DNA of 64,000 nucleotides. Origin: Candidatus Binatia bacterium (GTDB lineage Bacteria; Desulfobacterota; Binatia; UBA9968; JAJDTQ01). Location of the stretch: contig OY762897.2 in NCBI GenBank assembly GCA_963666515.2, forward strand, positions 1,248,001-1,312,000. Reading direction: 5' to 3'. Of this stretch, positions 8,432 through 20,063 are shown piece after piece. Within the stretch, counting starts at the first letter, position 1. The number at the start of each line of letters is the position of its first letter. Under the pieces are notes generated by a model. The model was not told the DNA's origin and searched no databases. It saw nothing but the letters and a program-made list of their open reading frames with translations. The translations under genes were made by a program, and so were the position numbers.

Positions 8432-9427
8432 GTGATCGTGTTGGGCGTCGAGACCTCGTGTGACGACACCGCGGCGGCGGTTCTCGAAGACGGCAGGGCC
8501 GTGCGGGCCAACCTGGTGTCGTCCCAGGATGCCGTCCACGCACCCTACGGCGGCATCGTGCCGGAGATGGCCTCGCGCCAGCACATACGCACCATCCAGC
8601 CCATGGTGGATAGGGCCCTGGAGCGTGCGGAGGTCGGCATCGGCGACCTCGACGGCCTGGCGGTCACCTACGGTCCCGGGTTGACCGGGTCGCTGCTGGT
8701 GGGGCTCTCGTTCGTCAAGGGGTGGTCCTTCCGTTCCGGCATCCCCTACGTGGGGGTCAACCACCTCGAGGCGCACGTGCTGTCCATCTTCCTGGAGAAG
8801 GAAGTGGCCTTCCCGTATCTTGCGCTGGTGGCTTCCGGCGGACACACGCTGCTCTACGTGGTGCGGGGATTCGGCGAGTACGAGCACCTGGGGGGCACCC
8901 TCGACGACGCCGCCGGCGAGGCCTACGACAAGGTCGCCAAGATGATGGGGCTGGGGTTCCCCGGCGGACGCGTCATCGACGACCTGGCCAAGCAGGGGGA
9001 CCCGCGCGCGGTGGCCTTTCCCCGGGCGCGCCTGCGCACCCCCTACGACTTCAGCTTCAGCGGGCTCAAGACGTCCGTCTGGCACTACCTGACGCGGAAG
9101 CGGGCGGACCGCTGGCGCGACGAGATGGCGGACATCGCGGCGAGCTTCCAGGAGGCGGTGGTGGACATGCTGATCGCCCCGACGCTCAGGGCCGCGGCGG
9201 AGTTCGGCATCGAGCACATCGTCCTGGGCGGCGGCGTCGCCGCCAACAGCCGGCTGCGCGCCAAGATGGCCGAGAAGGCCGGCGAGATGGGAGCGGAACT
9301 CCACTGCCCCTCGCTGCGTTTCTGCACCGACAACGGCGCCATGATCGCGCTGGTGGGGAGCCACCTGCTGGAGCGGGGCGGCCGAAATGGTCCCCGCCTG
9401 AACGCAGACCCCGCGCTGATCCTTTGA
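8432..9427 (+). CDS. tsaD: tRNA N6-adenosine threonylcarbamoyltransferase
   Basis: LGVETSCDDT, GGIVPE.ASR.H, NHLEAH, SGGHT, DDAAGEAYDK, FSFSGLKT, CTDNGAMIA. Confidence 0.96.
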   Translation: MIVLGVETSCDDTAAAVLEDGRAVRANLVSSQDAVHAPYGGIVPEMASRQHIRTIQPMVDRALERAEVGIGDLDGLAVTYGPGLTGSLLVGLSFVKGWSFRSGIPYVGVNHLEAHVLSIFLEKEVAFPYLALVASGGHTLLYVVRGFGEYEHLGGTLDDAAGEAYDKVAKMMGLGFPGGRVIDDLAKQGDPRAVAFPRARLRTPYDFSFSGLKTSVWHYLTRKRADRWRDEMADIAASFQEAVVDMLIAPTLRAAAEFGIEHIVLGGGVAANSRLRAKMAEKAGEMGAELHCPSLRFCTDNGAMIALVGSHLLERGGRNGPRLNADPALIL

Positions 9428-9459
9428 GGAGACCCGGATCGCTCGCAGTCATCGGAAGG

Positions 9460-9554
9460 GTCCTTCGACTTCGCTTCACTACGCTCAGGACGAACGGAGC
9501 ACAATCCCCATCATCACCGTTCGTCCTGAGCGTAGCGAAGCGAAGTCGAAGGAC
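9460..9554. repeat. REP-like inverted-repeat doublet (38-bp arms, family A)
   Basis: 9460-9497 GTCCTTCGACTTCGCTTCACTACGCTCAGGACGAACGG is the reverse complement of 9517-9554 with one mismatch. Confidence 0.85.
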
Positions 9555-10427
9555 ATGACGACCCTTCACCAAGAGGCGAGGAACGCTTGGCGCGAGTTGG
9601 GGTTCACCCCCCGCAAGGCGCGCGGTCAGAACTTTCTCGTCCACCGGCGGGTTATCGACACCATCCTTCAGCTCCTCGAGCTGGGAGAAGACGACCGCAT
9701 CCTGGAAGTGGGGCCCGGCCTGGGTTTCGTCACCCGCCATCTGGTAGGGAAGCAGCGGAGCGTGTGGGCCGTCGAGGTGGACCCGTTGCTGGTGCAATGG
9801 CTCCGCGACGGTCCGTTGGGATCGTGCCCGGAGTTTCACCTGGTGCACGAGGACGTGCTGGAGACGGATTTCCGGCGCCTGCTGCCGGAGGACGGATTCA
9901 AGGTGGTGGCGAACCTTCCCTACAGCGTGGCGGCGCCGGTGCTGCTGCGCCTGTTCGAGGCGTCGCCGCGCTTCACCGTCCTGGTGGTGATGCTGCAGAA
10001 GGAAGTGGCCCGAAGACTGGCGGCGGAGCCGGGCGCGTCCGCCTACGGCGCGCTTTCGGTGTGGCGCCGGCTGTACGGGCGGGTCACCGGAAGGATCGCG
10101 GTGTCTCCCGAGGCGTTCACGCCCAGGCCCAGGGTGGACTCCACGCTGCTGAGGATCGAGCTGCACCGGGACCCGCTGGTCCCCGCCCGGGAGATACCCT
10201 TGCTGAGGGAAGTGGTGCGCGCGGGGTTCGGCCGGCGGCGCAAGATGCTGGGCAACGCACTGGCGGGCCTGTTCGGTTCACGGGGACAGGACATCTTCGA
10301 CCGCGCCGCCATCGACCCGCGGCGGCGGGCCGAGACCCTGAACCTGGAGGAGTTTGCCCGGTTGGCGCGCGCCTTCGGGGAGGTGCGGGGCGCGGAAGGG
10401 AAGGGCAGCGATGCCGGAGCTTCCTGA
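9555..10427 (+). CDS. rsmA: 16S rRNA adenine dimethyltransferase
   Basis: GQNFL, ILEVGPGLG, VANLPY, MLQKEVA.RL.A, F.PRPRVDS, RRKML.NAL, RRAETL. Confidence 0.94.
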   Translation: MTTLHQEARNAWRELGFTPRKARGQNFLVHRRVIDTILQLLELGEDDRILEVGPGLGFVTRHLVGKQRSVWAVEVDPLLVQWLRDGPLGSCPEFHLVHEDVLETDFRRLLPEDGFKVVANLPYSVAAPVLLRLFEASPRFTVLVVMLQKEVARRLAAEPGASAYGALSVWRRLYGRVTGRIAVSPEAFTPRPRVDSTLLRIELHRDPLVPAREIPLLREVVRAGFGRRRKMLGNALAGLFGSRGQDIFDRAAIDPRRRAETLNLEEFARLARAFGEVRGAEGKGSDAGAS

Positions 10428-11235
10428 AGTCGAGACCGTGTGCCGCACGCTGCGCGAGCGGCTTCGCGGGGCCACCATCGTCGAAGTCCGGGTCATCGAA
10501 GGGCGCCTGCGCCGGCCCGTGGCCGGGGACTTCGCGACCCGCCTGGAGGGGCGGCGGGTGGCCGCGGTGACCCGGCGGGGCAAGTACATCGTGACCGAGC
10601 TGGAGGGCGCCTGGACCTGGGTCACGCACCTGGGAATGTCGGGCAAGCTGACGTTTCGGGAGCCGGGCGCGTCCGTCGAGAAACACGACCACCTGGTGTT
10701 CACCCTCGACCGCGGCGGCGAGCTTCGCTACCACGACCCGCGGCGTTTCGGGCTGTGCGTGGCGCTGCCCAGCTCGGAGCTGGACGCGTGGCCGCCGTTT
10801 GCCGGACTGGGCGTGGACCCGCTGGGCCGCGGTTTCACCGGCGACTACCTCTACGGCTTCCTGCACCGTTCCCGCAGGACGGTCCGGGACCTGCTCTTGG
10901 ACCAGCAGATCGTCTGCGGTCTCGGCAACATCTACGTCAACGAGGTGCTCTTTCGCGTCGGCGCCCGTCCCACCCGCCGGAGCCACCGCATATCCAGGGC
11001 ATTGAGCGCGCAGCTCGTGAGTGAAATCCGTTCGTTGCTGCGCGAGGCCATTCGATGGCGGGGCAGCTCGGTGTCGGACTACCGCGACGGCAACGATGAC
11101 CGCGGCGGCTTTCAGTGGCGGCTCCAGGTGTACGACCGCAAGGGCGCGCCCTGCTACCGGTGCGGTGCCCCCATCAAGCGGATCGGGCGGGGCAACCGCG
11201 GCGTCTTCTACTGCCCCCGCTGCCAGCGCTGGTAG
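10411..11235 (+). CDS. mutM: formamidopyrimidine-DNA glycosylase
   Basis: MPELPEVET N-terminus, RRGKY, HLGMSG, DPRRFG, GLGNIY, C-terminal CxxC...CPRCQ zinc finger. Confidence 0.96.
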   Translation: MPELPEVETVCRTLRERLRGATIVEVRVIEGRLRRPVAGDFATRLEGRRVAAVTRRGKYIVTELEGAWTWVTHLGMSGKLTFREPGASVEKHDHLVFTLDRGGELRYHDPRRFGLCVALPSSELDAWPPFAGLGVDPLGRGFTGDYLYGFLHRSRRTVRDLLLDQQIVCGLGNIYVNEVLFRVGARPTRRSHRISRALSAQLVSEIRSLLREAIRWRGSSVSDYRDGNDDRGGFQWRLQVYDRKGAPCYRCGAPIKRIGRGNRGVFYCPRCQRW

Positions 11236-11310
11236 CGGCGCCTGGCCGGCCGCCCCTGCATCCCGGCGCCGTTGCGGCGCGGGCTCCCGGACGCAACCCC
11301 GCTACGCCCG

Positions 11311-11838
11311 TCACCCCACAATCTTGTAGTCGCCTCCCAGGTAGCTGCGGCACAGCTCGGCGTAGGTGGAAGAGCCCATCTTGATCCAGTTCAGGGCCTC
11401 GCCGCTGATCTCCTTCTTGACCTTGGCCGGGCTGCCGGCCGCCAGGCAGCGCGGCGGAATGCGGGTGTGCGGCACCACCACGCTGCCGGCCGCGATGAGG
11501 GACTCCTCGCCGATCTCGGTATCCTCCAGCAGGGTCGAGTTCATGCCGATGATGGCGGACCTGCGGATGGTGGCGCCCTCCATGATGGCGGCGTGCCCCA
11601 CGGTCACGTCCTCTTCGATGATCACCGCGCCCTCGCCCGAATGCATCACGCAATTGTCCTGGACGCTGGTCCGGGCGCCGATGACGATGGGGTTCTGGTT
11701 CTCGTCGGAGCGGAGCACCGCGCCGAACCAGATGCTGGCGCCGGCCTCCACCGTGACGTCGCCGATGAGAACGGCGGTGGGAGCGACGAACGCTTCCGGG
11801 GAAACCCTGGGGCTCTGCCCCTTGTACTGGATGAGCAT
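11311..11838 (-). CDS. gamma-carbonic anhydrase-like (YrdA/CaiE/PaaY family) hexapeptide-repeat protein
   Basis: FVAPTAVLIGDV, SIWFGAVLR.D, VQDN.VMH, VTVGH, AGSPAK.K. Confidence 0.88.
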   Translation of the reverse strand: MLIQYKGQSPRVSPEAFVAPTAVLIGDVTVEAGASIWFGAVLRSDENQNPIVIGARTSVQDNCVMHSGEGAVIIEEDVTVGHAAIMEGATIRRSAIIGMNSTLLEDTEIGEESLIAAGSVVVPHTRIPPRCLAAGSPAKVKKEISGEALNWIKMGSSTYAELCRSYLGGDYKIVG

Positions 11839-11860
11839 GTGGATCTCCTTGCTCCCTCTC

Positions 11861-11961
11861 CGTGATTCCCGCGAAAGCGGGAATCACGGGGTGGAGCGGG
11901 GCGAGATGTACGTGCTAGCCGTCCCCGCCCAGCCTGGATTCCCGCTTTCGCGGGAATCACG
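11861..11961. repeat. REP doublet (family B, ATTCCC-N8-GGGAAT hairpins)
   Basis: CGTGATTCCCGCGAAAGCGGGAATCACG (11861-11888) and inverted CTGGATTCCCGCTTTCGCGGGAATCACG (11934-11961). Confidence 0.85.
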
Positions 11962-12009
11962 ATTCGGGGCGGCTGGCACCCTTGTAACCCGTCGAAGCCG
12001 AATGCTGTT

Positions 12010-12047
12010 CCGTGCCTCTTGAGCGTAGCAGCACGAAGTCGAAGGAC
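12010..12047. repeat. degenerate single copy of family A repeat
   Basis: CCGTGCCTCTTGAGCGTAGCAGCACGAAGTCGAAGGAC resembles arm 9517-9554. Confidence 0.7.
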
Positions 12048-12061
12048 GTCTTCACGGGATC

Positions 12062-13294
12062 TCACGAAGCCAGATGCCGCGACGCGGTCTGGCAGATGGT
12101 GTCGGCGATGCCCAGGGACGAGGTGGCGCCGGGGGAAGGGGCGTTGAGCACGTGCACGGCGCCCTCGGACTCGGCGATGACGAAGTCGTCCACCAGCTTG
12201 CCGCTGGCCGACACGGCCTGGGCGCGCACCCCCGCGCCGCTGTACACCAGGTCGTCCGACTGGATGGCCGGAATCAGGCGCTGAAGCTCGCGCGTGAAGG
12301 CGCGCTTGTCGAAGGAGCGGCGCAGCTCCGGCAGCGAGGTCTTCCAGTGCTTCCGCGCCATGGCCCAGAAACCGCCGTAGGTGAAGACCTGGTACAGGTC
12401 CCGCAAGTTGACGTCGCTTTGCCGGTATCCCTGGCGCGCGAACGCCAGCACGGCGTTGGGGCCCACCTCTACCCGGCCGTGGACCGTGGGGGTGAAATGA
12501 ACCCCGAGGAAGGGGAACTGGGGGTCGGGCACCGGGTAGACGAGCCCCTTGACCAGCCCCTGCTTGTCCGGCTTGAGGCGGTGGTACTCGCCACGGAACG
12601 GAACGATGCGCACCGGCTCGTCGATGCCGCCGCTCTGGCTTTCCGCGAAGCCCGGCGTCATGGCCGCCACCCGGTCGACGAACAGACCCGCGCAGTTGAT
12701 CAGCGTGCGCGTCTCCACCGCGTCGCGGGAGGTCTCGATGACGAACCCGGTTCCCGAGCGGGTCATGCCGGTGACCTCGCACGAGGTGCGGACGGCGCCG
12801 CCGGCCGCCTCGAACAGCCGCGCATAGGCTCGCGCCACGTCGCCGAAGTCGATGATGCCGGTGAACGGAGCGTGCAGCGCCTTGATTCCGGTGCAGTGGG
12901 GCTCGATCTCCCGCAGCTCCTCCGGGCCGATCATGCGCACACCCTCGACCCCGTTGGCCTCGGCGCGCCGGTTCAGCTCGTCCAGGCGCGGAAGTTCCTC
13001 CGGGCGGGTGGCGACGATGACCTTGCCGCAAAGGTCGTAGTGGATGCGGTGCTCGTCGCAGAACTCCAGCAGCGCCTTCTTCCCGGCCACGCAGGTGCGC
13101 GCCTTCACCGATCCCGGCCGGTAGTAGATGCCGGAGTGGAGCACGCCGCTGTTGTGGCCGGTCTGGTGCATGCCCAGCTCCGGCTCCTTCTCCAGCAGCG
13201 CGCACCGCAGCCCCGGATGCTCCCGCGCCATGCGCATGGCCGTGGCCAATCCGACGATGCCGCCGCCGATGATGGTGAGGTCGAACTTTTCCAT
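12062..13294 (-). CDS. lhgO: L-2-hydroxyglutarate oxidase (FAD-dependent)
   Basis: IIGGGIVGLATA, HQTGHNSGVLHSGIYY.PGS.KA, VPFRGEY, YPVPDP.FPFLGVHFT, NAPSPGAT; start set at ATG 13294. Confidence 0.92.
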   Translation of the reverse strand: MEKFDLTIIGGGIVGLATAMRMAREHPGLRCALLEKEPELGMHQTGHNSGVLHSGIYYRPGSVKARTCVAGKKALLEFCDEHRIHYDLCGKVIVATRPEELPRLDELNRRAEANGVEGVRMIGPEELREIEPHCTGIKALHAPFTGIIDFGDVARAYARLFEAAGGAVRTSCEVTGMTRSGTGFVIETSRDAVETRTLINCAGLFVDRVAAMTPGFAESQSGGIDEPVRIVPFRGEYHRLKPDKQGLVKGLVYPVPDPQFPFLGVHFTPTVHGRVEVGPNAVLAFARQGYRQSDVNLRDLYQVFTYGGFWAMARKHWKTSLPELRRSFDKRAFTRELQRLIPAIQSDDLVYSGAGVRAQAVSASGKLVDDFVIAESEGAVHVLNAPSPGATSSLGIADTICQTASRHLAS

Positions 13295-13429
13295 GGGGAC
13301 GAGAAGGGATGCCGCCGTGACATCGGTGGGCAACCGCGATACGGAACTTAACAGCTTCCGCGCGCGCGTGTCCAGGGAGCAGGAGTCGCCGTTTTGCACA
13401 CCCACGGTCCGCGGTGTTATTCCTTTGAC

Positions 13430-15466
<2,037 letters not shown>

Positions 15467-15482
15467 GTGGTCCCTTCAAGTC

Positions 15483-17330
15483 ATGAACGTCGAGGAGCTG
15501 AAGGACAAGCTCGACACGCTGCCCGCCGGGCCCGGCGTCTACCTGATGCGGGACCGCGGCGGCAAGGTCGTCTACGTCGGCAAGGCCAAGGAGTTGCGCG
15601 CGCGGGTGCGCTCCTACCTGCGAGGCGGCGACGGCCGCCCGCACGTGGCTTTCCTCATGCGGCAGGTGGAGGACATCGAGACCCTGGTGACCAGCAACGA
15701 GAAGGAAGCGCTGATCCTCGAGAACAACCTCATCAAGCAGTACAAGCCGCGCTACAACATCCGCCTCAAGGACGACAAGAGCTACCTGAGCATCAAGGTG
15801 ACCGGGGGCGACTGGCCGCGTATCCTCGCCACCCGCAGCATCGTCAAGGACGGCAGCCGCTACTTCGGCCCCTACGCTTCCGCGGTGGCCGTGCGCGAGA
15901 CCCTGGAGGTCATCGAGAAGCACTTCCTGCTGCGGAGCTGCACCGACTACAACTTCCGCAACCGCGACCGCCCGTGCCTGCAGTACCAGATCAAGCGTTG
16001 CCCGGCGCCCTGCGTCCATCCCGTGGACGCGGAGGAGTACGCCGGCAACCTGCGCCAGGCGGTGCTGTTCATCGAGGGCAAGAGCGCCGACCTGCTGCGG
16101 CAACTGCGGGTGCGCATGCGGGAGCGCGCCGACGCGCTGGAGTTCGAGCAGGCGGCCAAGCTGCGGGACCGCATCCGCGCGGTGGAGAAGACCCTGGAGA
16201 AGCAGCGCATGGTGTCCCACTGGGGCGCTGACCAGGACATCTTCGGACTGTACCGGGAGGGCGGCTTCATCGAGGTCCAGGTCATCTTCGTGCGCCAAGG
16301 CAAGCTCACCGGCAACCAAGCCTATTCCCTGGAAGACCACCATTTCGACGACGAGGCAATCGTCGCCGCGCTGCTGACCCAGTTCTACCAGGGCAGCCGC
16401 TTCGTTCCCGAGGAGATCCTGGTGCCGGTGGAGTTGGAGGACCGCGCCGTGCACGAGGAGTACCTGGAGGAACGCAAGGGGCGGCGGGTGACGGTGAACC
16501 AGCCCCGGCGGGGCGAGAAGCGCAAGCTTCTGGAGATGGCCCTCAACAACGCCCGCCAGGGCTTCAACGAGCGCCACGACCAGGAGCGGGAGCGGGAGAA
16601 GATGCTGCGCGAGCTGCAGCAGAGGCTGCGGCTGCGGCGCTATCCCCAGCGCATCGAGTGCTACGACATCTCCATGATCCAGGGGACCCACGCCGTGGGC
16701 TCGCGGGTGTCGTTCTTCGACGGCGAGCCCGACAAGCAGAACTACCGCCGCTACCGCGTGCGCACGGTCGGCCCGGAGACCCGCGGCGACGACTTCGCCA
16801 TGATGTACGAGGTCGTCAAGCGACGCTTCCAGCGCGGCCTCAAGGAGACCGACCTGCCGGACCTCATGGTAGTGGACGGCGGCAAGGGGCAGTTGCAGGT
16901 GGCGCTGACGGCGCTGGCGGACCTGCGGGTCACCGACGTGGACGTGGTGGCCCTGGCCAAGATGCGCGTCACCGCGTCGCCGCGGCTGGCGGAGATCGAG
17001 CGCTCGGAGGAGCGCGTGTTCCTGCCCTATCGCAGCAACCCCGTGGTGCTGCGGCGCAACTCCAACGCCCTGTTCCTGCTCCAGCGCATCCGCGACGAGG
17101 CCCACCGCTTCGCCATCACCTACCACCGCAGCATCCGCAAGCGCGAGACCCTGCGCTCGGGCCTCGACGGCATCCCCGGCGTCGGGCCGTCGCGCCGCAA
17201 GGCCCTGCTGCGCCGCTTCGGCAGCCTGAAGCGGTTGCGGGATGCCTCGCTGGAAGAGCTGCTGGAGGTTCCGTCCATGAGCCGCCCGGTAGCCGAGCGC
17301 ATCCTGGAATCGTTCCAGGCCGCGGAGTGA
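15483..17330 (+). CDS. uvrC: excinuclease ABC subunit C
   Basis: GIY-YIG (GVY...YVGKAK.LR.RV.SY), PRYNI.LKDDK, IECYDIS, DGGKGQ, RDEAHRFA, HhH tail. Confidence 0.97.
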   Translation: MNVEELKDKLDTLPAGPGVYLMRDRGGKVVYVGKAKELRARVRSYLRGGDGRPHVAFLMRQVEDIETLVTSNEKEALILENNLIKQYKPRYNIRLKDDKSYLSIKVTGGDWPRILATRSIVKDGSRYFGPYASAVAVRETLEVIEKHFLLRSCTDYNFRNRDRPCLQYQIKRCPAPCVHPVDAEEYAGNLRQAVLFIEGKSADLLRQLRVRMRERADALEFEQAAKLRDRIRAVEKTLEKQRMVSHWGADQDIFGLYREGGFIEVQVIFVRQGKLTGNQAYSLEDHHFDDEAIVAALLTQFYQGSRFVPEEILVPVELEDRAVHEEYLEERKGRRVTVNQPRRGEKRKLLEMALNNARQGFNERHDQEREREKMLRELQQRLRLRRYPQRIECYDISMIQGTHAVGSRVSFFDGEPDKQNYRRYRVRTVGPETRGDDFAMMYEVVKRRFQRGLKETDLPDLMVVDGGKGQLQVALTALADLRVTDVDVVALAKMRVTASPRLAEIERSEERVFLPYRSNPVVLRRNSNALFLLQRIRDEAHRFAITYHRSIRKRETLRSGLDGIPGVGPSRRKALLRRFGSLKRLRDASLEELLEVPSMSRPVAERILESFQAAE

Positions 17331-17367
17331 AGGAGGAGGGGATTGTTGGGGAGTTTCACTGTATTCG

Positions 17368-17477
17368 CGAATCGTCATTCCGGCGAAAGCCGGAATCCAG
17401 GTGGAGTGGGGCGGGGAATCACTGCCGTCGGCCCCTCCCCACCCCTGGATTCCGGCTTTCGCCGGAATGACGATTCG
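17368..17477. repeat. REP doublet (family B)
   Basis: CGAATCGTCATTCCGGCGAAAGCCGGAATCCAGG (17368-17401) and its exact reverse complement (17444-17477). Confidence 0.88.
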
Positions 17478-17518
17478 TAGGGCGTGTTTCGGATCAATCT
17501 TCACGAATTCATTGCAAC

Positions 17519-19090
17519 ATGGTCATCGGACACCCCACGGGCGTGCTGGTCCTGCCGCTGTTGGCTTTACTCGGCGGACAGGCCATGGCGGTCATGGCCG
17601 ATGCTGCCGGCGTGTGGCCGGTTACGTTGGTCTTGACCGCGTTCTCCTTGGCTTTCTGCTTCGTCAGACCTCGTTGGGCAATTCTCGGCCTCGTTTGCGC
17701 GCTCGCGTTTCACTGGGGATTCGCCGCGCACCACGGGCTGCTCCATCCGCGGCTGCCCGCCGATCACATTCAGCACCTCACCGGGCGCACTAGAGCCGTC
17801 CTCATCGAAGGGCGCCTCTACCGCGAGCCGGAAGGGCAGGGCGGCCGCAGCCGCTGGCATCTCGCCGCGGAACGGGAGTGGACCCGGGAAGGGGCGCGCG
17901 ACGCCACTGGCAACGTGCGGGTGACTGTCCGCAATGCCTACCGCCACTGGCGCTACGGGGACGTGATACGGGTGCCGTTGCGCCTGCGCGCGCCGAAGAA
18001 CTGGGACGAACAGTTCGACTACACGGCCTACTTGGCGCGCCGCGGAATCTACCACGTGGCCTACCTGCACAACGACTGGGAAGTGCGGCTGGTACGGCGC
18101 GAGGGCGGCGGCGCGCGCGACTGGATCGAGACCGGGCGGCGGCGCATCGGCCGGTTCCTGGAGCGCGTGTTCGAGCTGGAAGCCGGTGGTCTGCTCAAGG
18201 CGCTGGTGGTGGGGGACCGCGGCGGGCTCACCGCGGAGGTGCGGGACCGCTTTGTGGCCGTCGGCATGTCCCACGTGCTGTCCATATCAGGGCTGCACGT
18301 GGGCATGTTGAGCCTGGCGGTCTGGTTCCTCTGCCGCACGCTCGCCGCCCGCAGCACCTGGCTGCTCCTGCGCTTTCCGGTCCACAAGCTGGCGGCGCTC
18401 GGCTCGCTGGCGCCGGTCCTCCTCTACACCGCGGTGGCCGGCGCCCGCATACCGACGGTACGCGCCGCCATCATGATCGGCTTGTACCAACTGGCGGTGC
18501 TGAGCGGGCGCAATGCAAGTATCTTCAGGAGCCTCACCCTGGCCGCCCTCATTGCCGCGTTGATCTGGCCGGGGGCCGTCATGGAGGCTTCCTTCCAGCT
18601 CTCCTTCCTGGCCGTGCTGTCCATCGCCGCAGGCATACGGATCTTCCGCGGAACGTCGTTCATGCAGCCGTCCCAGGCGCCGCGCGATGGTTGGCTGCAA
18701 CGCTACCGTCCGGCCATTCTGCTGTCCGTCCTCGTCCCCGTATTCGCCACCCTCGGCACCGGGCCGATCGTGGCGCACCACTTCGGCATCCTCTCCCTAG
18801 CCGGCTTCATCGCCAACCCGCTGCTGGTGCCGCTGGTTGGATTCTTCATCGTTCCCGCGGGACTCCTCACGGGCTTCCTGTGCCTGTTCGCACCCGCCGT
18901 TTCCACGCTCTTGGCACGCGTGGTCGAACCCGCCGCTACGCTTTTCCTCCGGGCCGTCGACCTCCTGGCCGGCTTTCCCATGGCCGCGTTCTCCCTTCCG
19001 CGTCCGGGTTGGGTGATGGTGGGGGCGAGCTACGTCCTCGTCCTGACGCTGGCCGCTGGCGTTCACCGGTTCCTCCGGCGGACACCGTGA
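17519..19090 (+). CDS. comEC: ComEC/Rec2 competence protein (DUF4131/OB + competence domain, no metallo-beta-lactamase domain)
   Basis: FDYTAYL..RGI, G..HVLSISGLHVG, P.VRAAIM, SFQLSFLAV, IANPLLVP; ends after the last TM helix. Confidence 0.88.
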   Translation: MVIGHPTGVLVLPLLALLGGQAMAVMADAAGVWPVTLVLTAFSLAFCFVRPRWAILGLVCALAFHWGFAAHHGLLHPRLPADHIQHLTGRTRAVLIEGRLYREPEGQGGRSRWHLAAEREWTREGARDATGNVRVTVRNAYRHWRYGDVIRVPLRLRAPKNWDEQFDYTAYLARRGIYHVAYLHNDWEVRLVRREGGGARDWIETGRRRIGRFLERVFELEAGGLLKALVVGDRGGLTAEVRDRFVAVGMSHVLSISGLHVGMLSLAVWFLCRTLAARSTWLLLRFPVHKLAALGSLAPVLLYTAVAGARIPTVRAAIMIGLYQLAVLSGRNASIFRSLTLAALIAALIWPGAVMEASFQLSFLAVLSIAAGIRIFRGTSFMQPSQAPRDGWLQRYRPAILLSVLVPVFATLGTGPIVAHHFGILSLAGFIANPLLVPLVGFFIVPAGLLTGFLCLFAPAVSTLLARVVEPAATLFLRAVDLLAGFPMAAFSLPRPGWVMVGASYVLVLTLAAGVHRFLRRTP

Positions 19091-19197
19091 AGTTACGACT
19101 TTCCCCAGGGACCGTTCAATGCCGGTTGGGTTCAAGGCACTTGATTGGAAACACATACAAAATCACGGTATAACAGGTAAAATATTGCGAGGTTGAT

Positions 19198-19548
19198 ATG
19201 CGCTTCAGTGAGTTCGTGACGGATCAGGTATTTTCTCCGGTACTCATCGCAGCAGCGCTCCGCACTACCAAGTCGGAGATCGCGGGGACTCTGGGGCTGG
19301 GTAGAGACGCGTTCTCGCGGGCCTCACGTATCCGAGCGCGGAAGACACAGGTTCGCCTCCGCCAGATGTTGGAGATTCTCAACCGGGTCGAGGCCGAAAC
19401 CGGCTCACCGCTGGCGGCCTATGCCTGGTTCCGCTCCGCGCCGCTGCCCGGCTTCGGCGGCGCCACCGCGGATTCATTGTTGCGCCAAGGCAAGGCTGAT
19501 CAGGTGCACGCCCATCTGGATCGGATCATGGCGGGCGGATACGCCTGA
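19198..19548 (+). CDS. Xre/MbcA/ParS family antitoxin
   Basis: HTH-like TTKSEIAGTLGL; C-terminal AYAWFRS.PLPGFGG.TA..LL..G. Confidence 0.88.
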   Translation: MRFSEFVTDQVFSPVLIAAALRTTKSEIAGTLGLGRDAFSRASRIRARKTQVRLRQMLEILNRVEAETGSPLAAYAWFRSAPLPGFGGATADSLLRQGKADQVHAHLDRIMAGGYA

Positions 19549-19559
19549 CCCGTCGTCCC

Positions 19560-20063
19560 ATGCGGTTCCGATGGATCGTGTATCGAGCCCACAATCCCCA
19601 ATGGTCCTGGACACCGTTGTCGGGCGAGGGTGCACAACGCCACGGAGGACGCTTCAACCGGCGCGGGATCCCCGCGCTCTACACCTCTCTGGACCCCATG
19701 ACGGCGATTCGTGAGGCACAGCCGCTGGGCCGTTCCCTGCAACCCATCACGCTGTGCGCCTACGAGGTCGATGCCCACCCGGTGTTCGACACGGGCGACA
19801 GCTCTGAACGAGCAGCGCTGAAGGTAGCCGATTCTGAACTCGCCCGTCCGGTCTGGGAAGCGGAAATGCTGGAAGGTCGCGTTCCTGCGTCACAGAGGCT
19901 TGCCGACCGTCTGATCGAAGCCGGCTACGTTGGGATGCTCGTCCGAAGCTTTGCCGCCGGGCCCGGTATCGATGAACTGAATCTGGTGCTCTGGCGATGG
20001 GGCGACGACCGCCCCAGCCGTGTGACCCTGATTGACGATGAAGGACGCCTTGTGCGGAACTGA
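19560..20063 (+). CDS. RES domain toxin (NAD+ phosphorylase family)
   Basis: YRAH.P.W...PLSGEGA...GGRFN..G.PALYTS, conserved E (AIREA) and S (LVRSFA), NLVLWRW. Confidence 0.9.
   Translation: MRFRWIVYRAHNPQWSWTPLSGEGAQRHGGRFNRRGIPALYTSLDPMTAIREAQPLGRSLQPITLCAYEVDAHPVFDTGDSSERAALKVADSELARPVWEAEMLEGRVPASQRLADRLIEAGYVGMLVRSFAAGPGIDELNLVLWRWGDDRPSRVTLIDDEGRLVRN

Noticed and set aside
11311-11838. Hexapeptide-repeat protein as a displaced LpxA
   Set aside because: At 175 aa with IWFGAVLR.D and QDN motifs it fits the gamma-CA-like family, and it lacks the LpxA DLK and H.AHD motifs
13295-13429. LexA/SOS box upstream of uvrB
   Set aside because: No convincing match to the CTGT-N8-ACAG or GAAC-N4-GTTC consensus by eye
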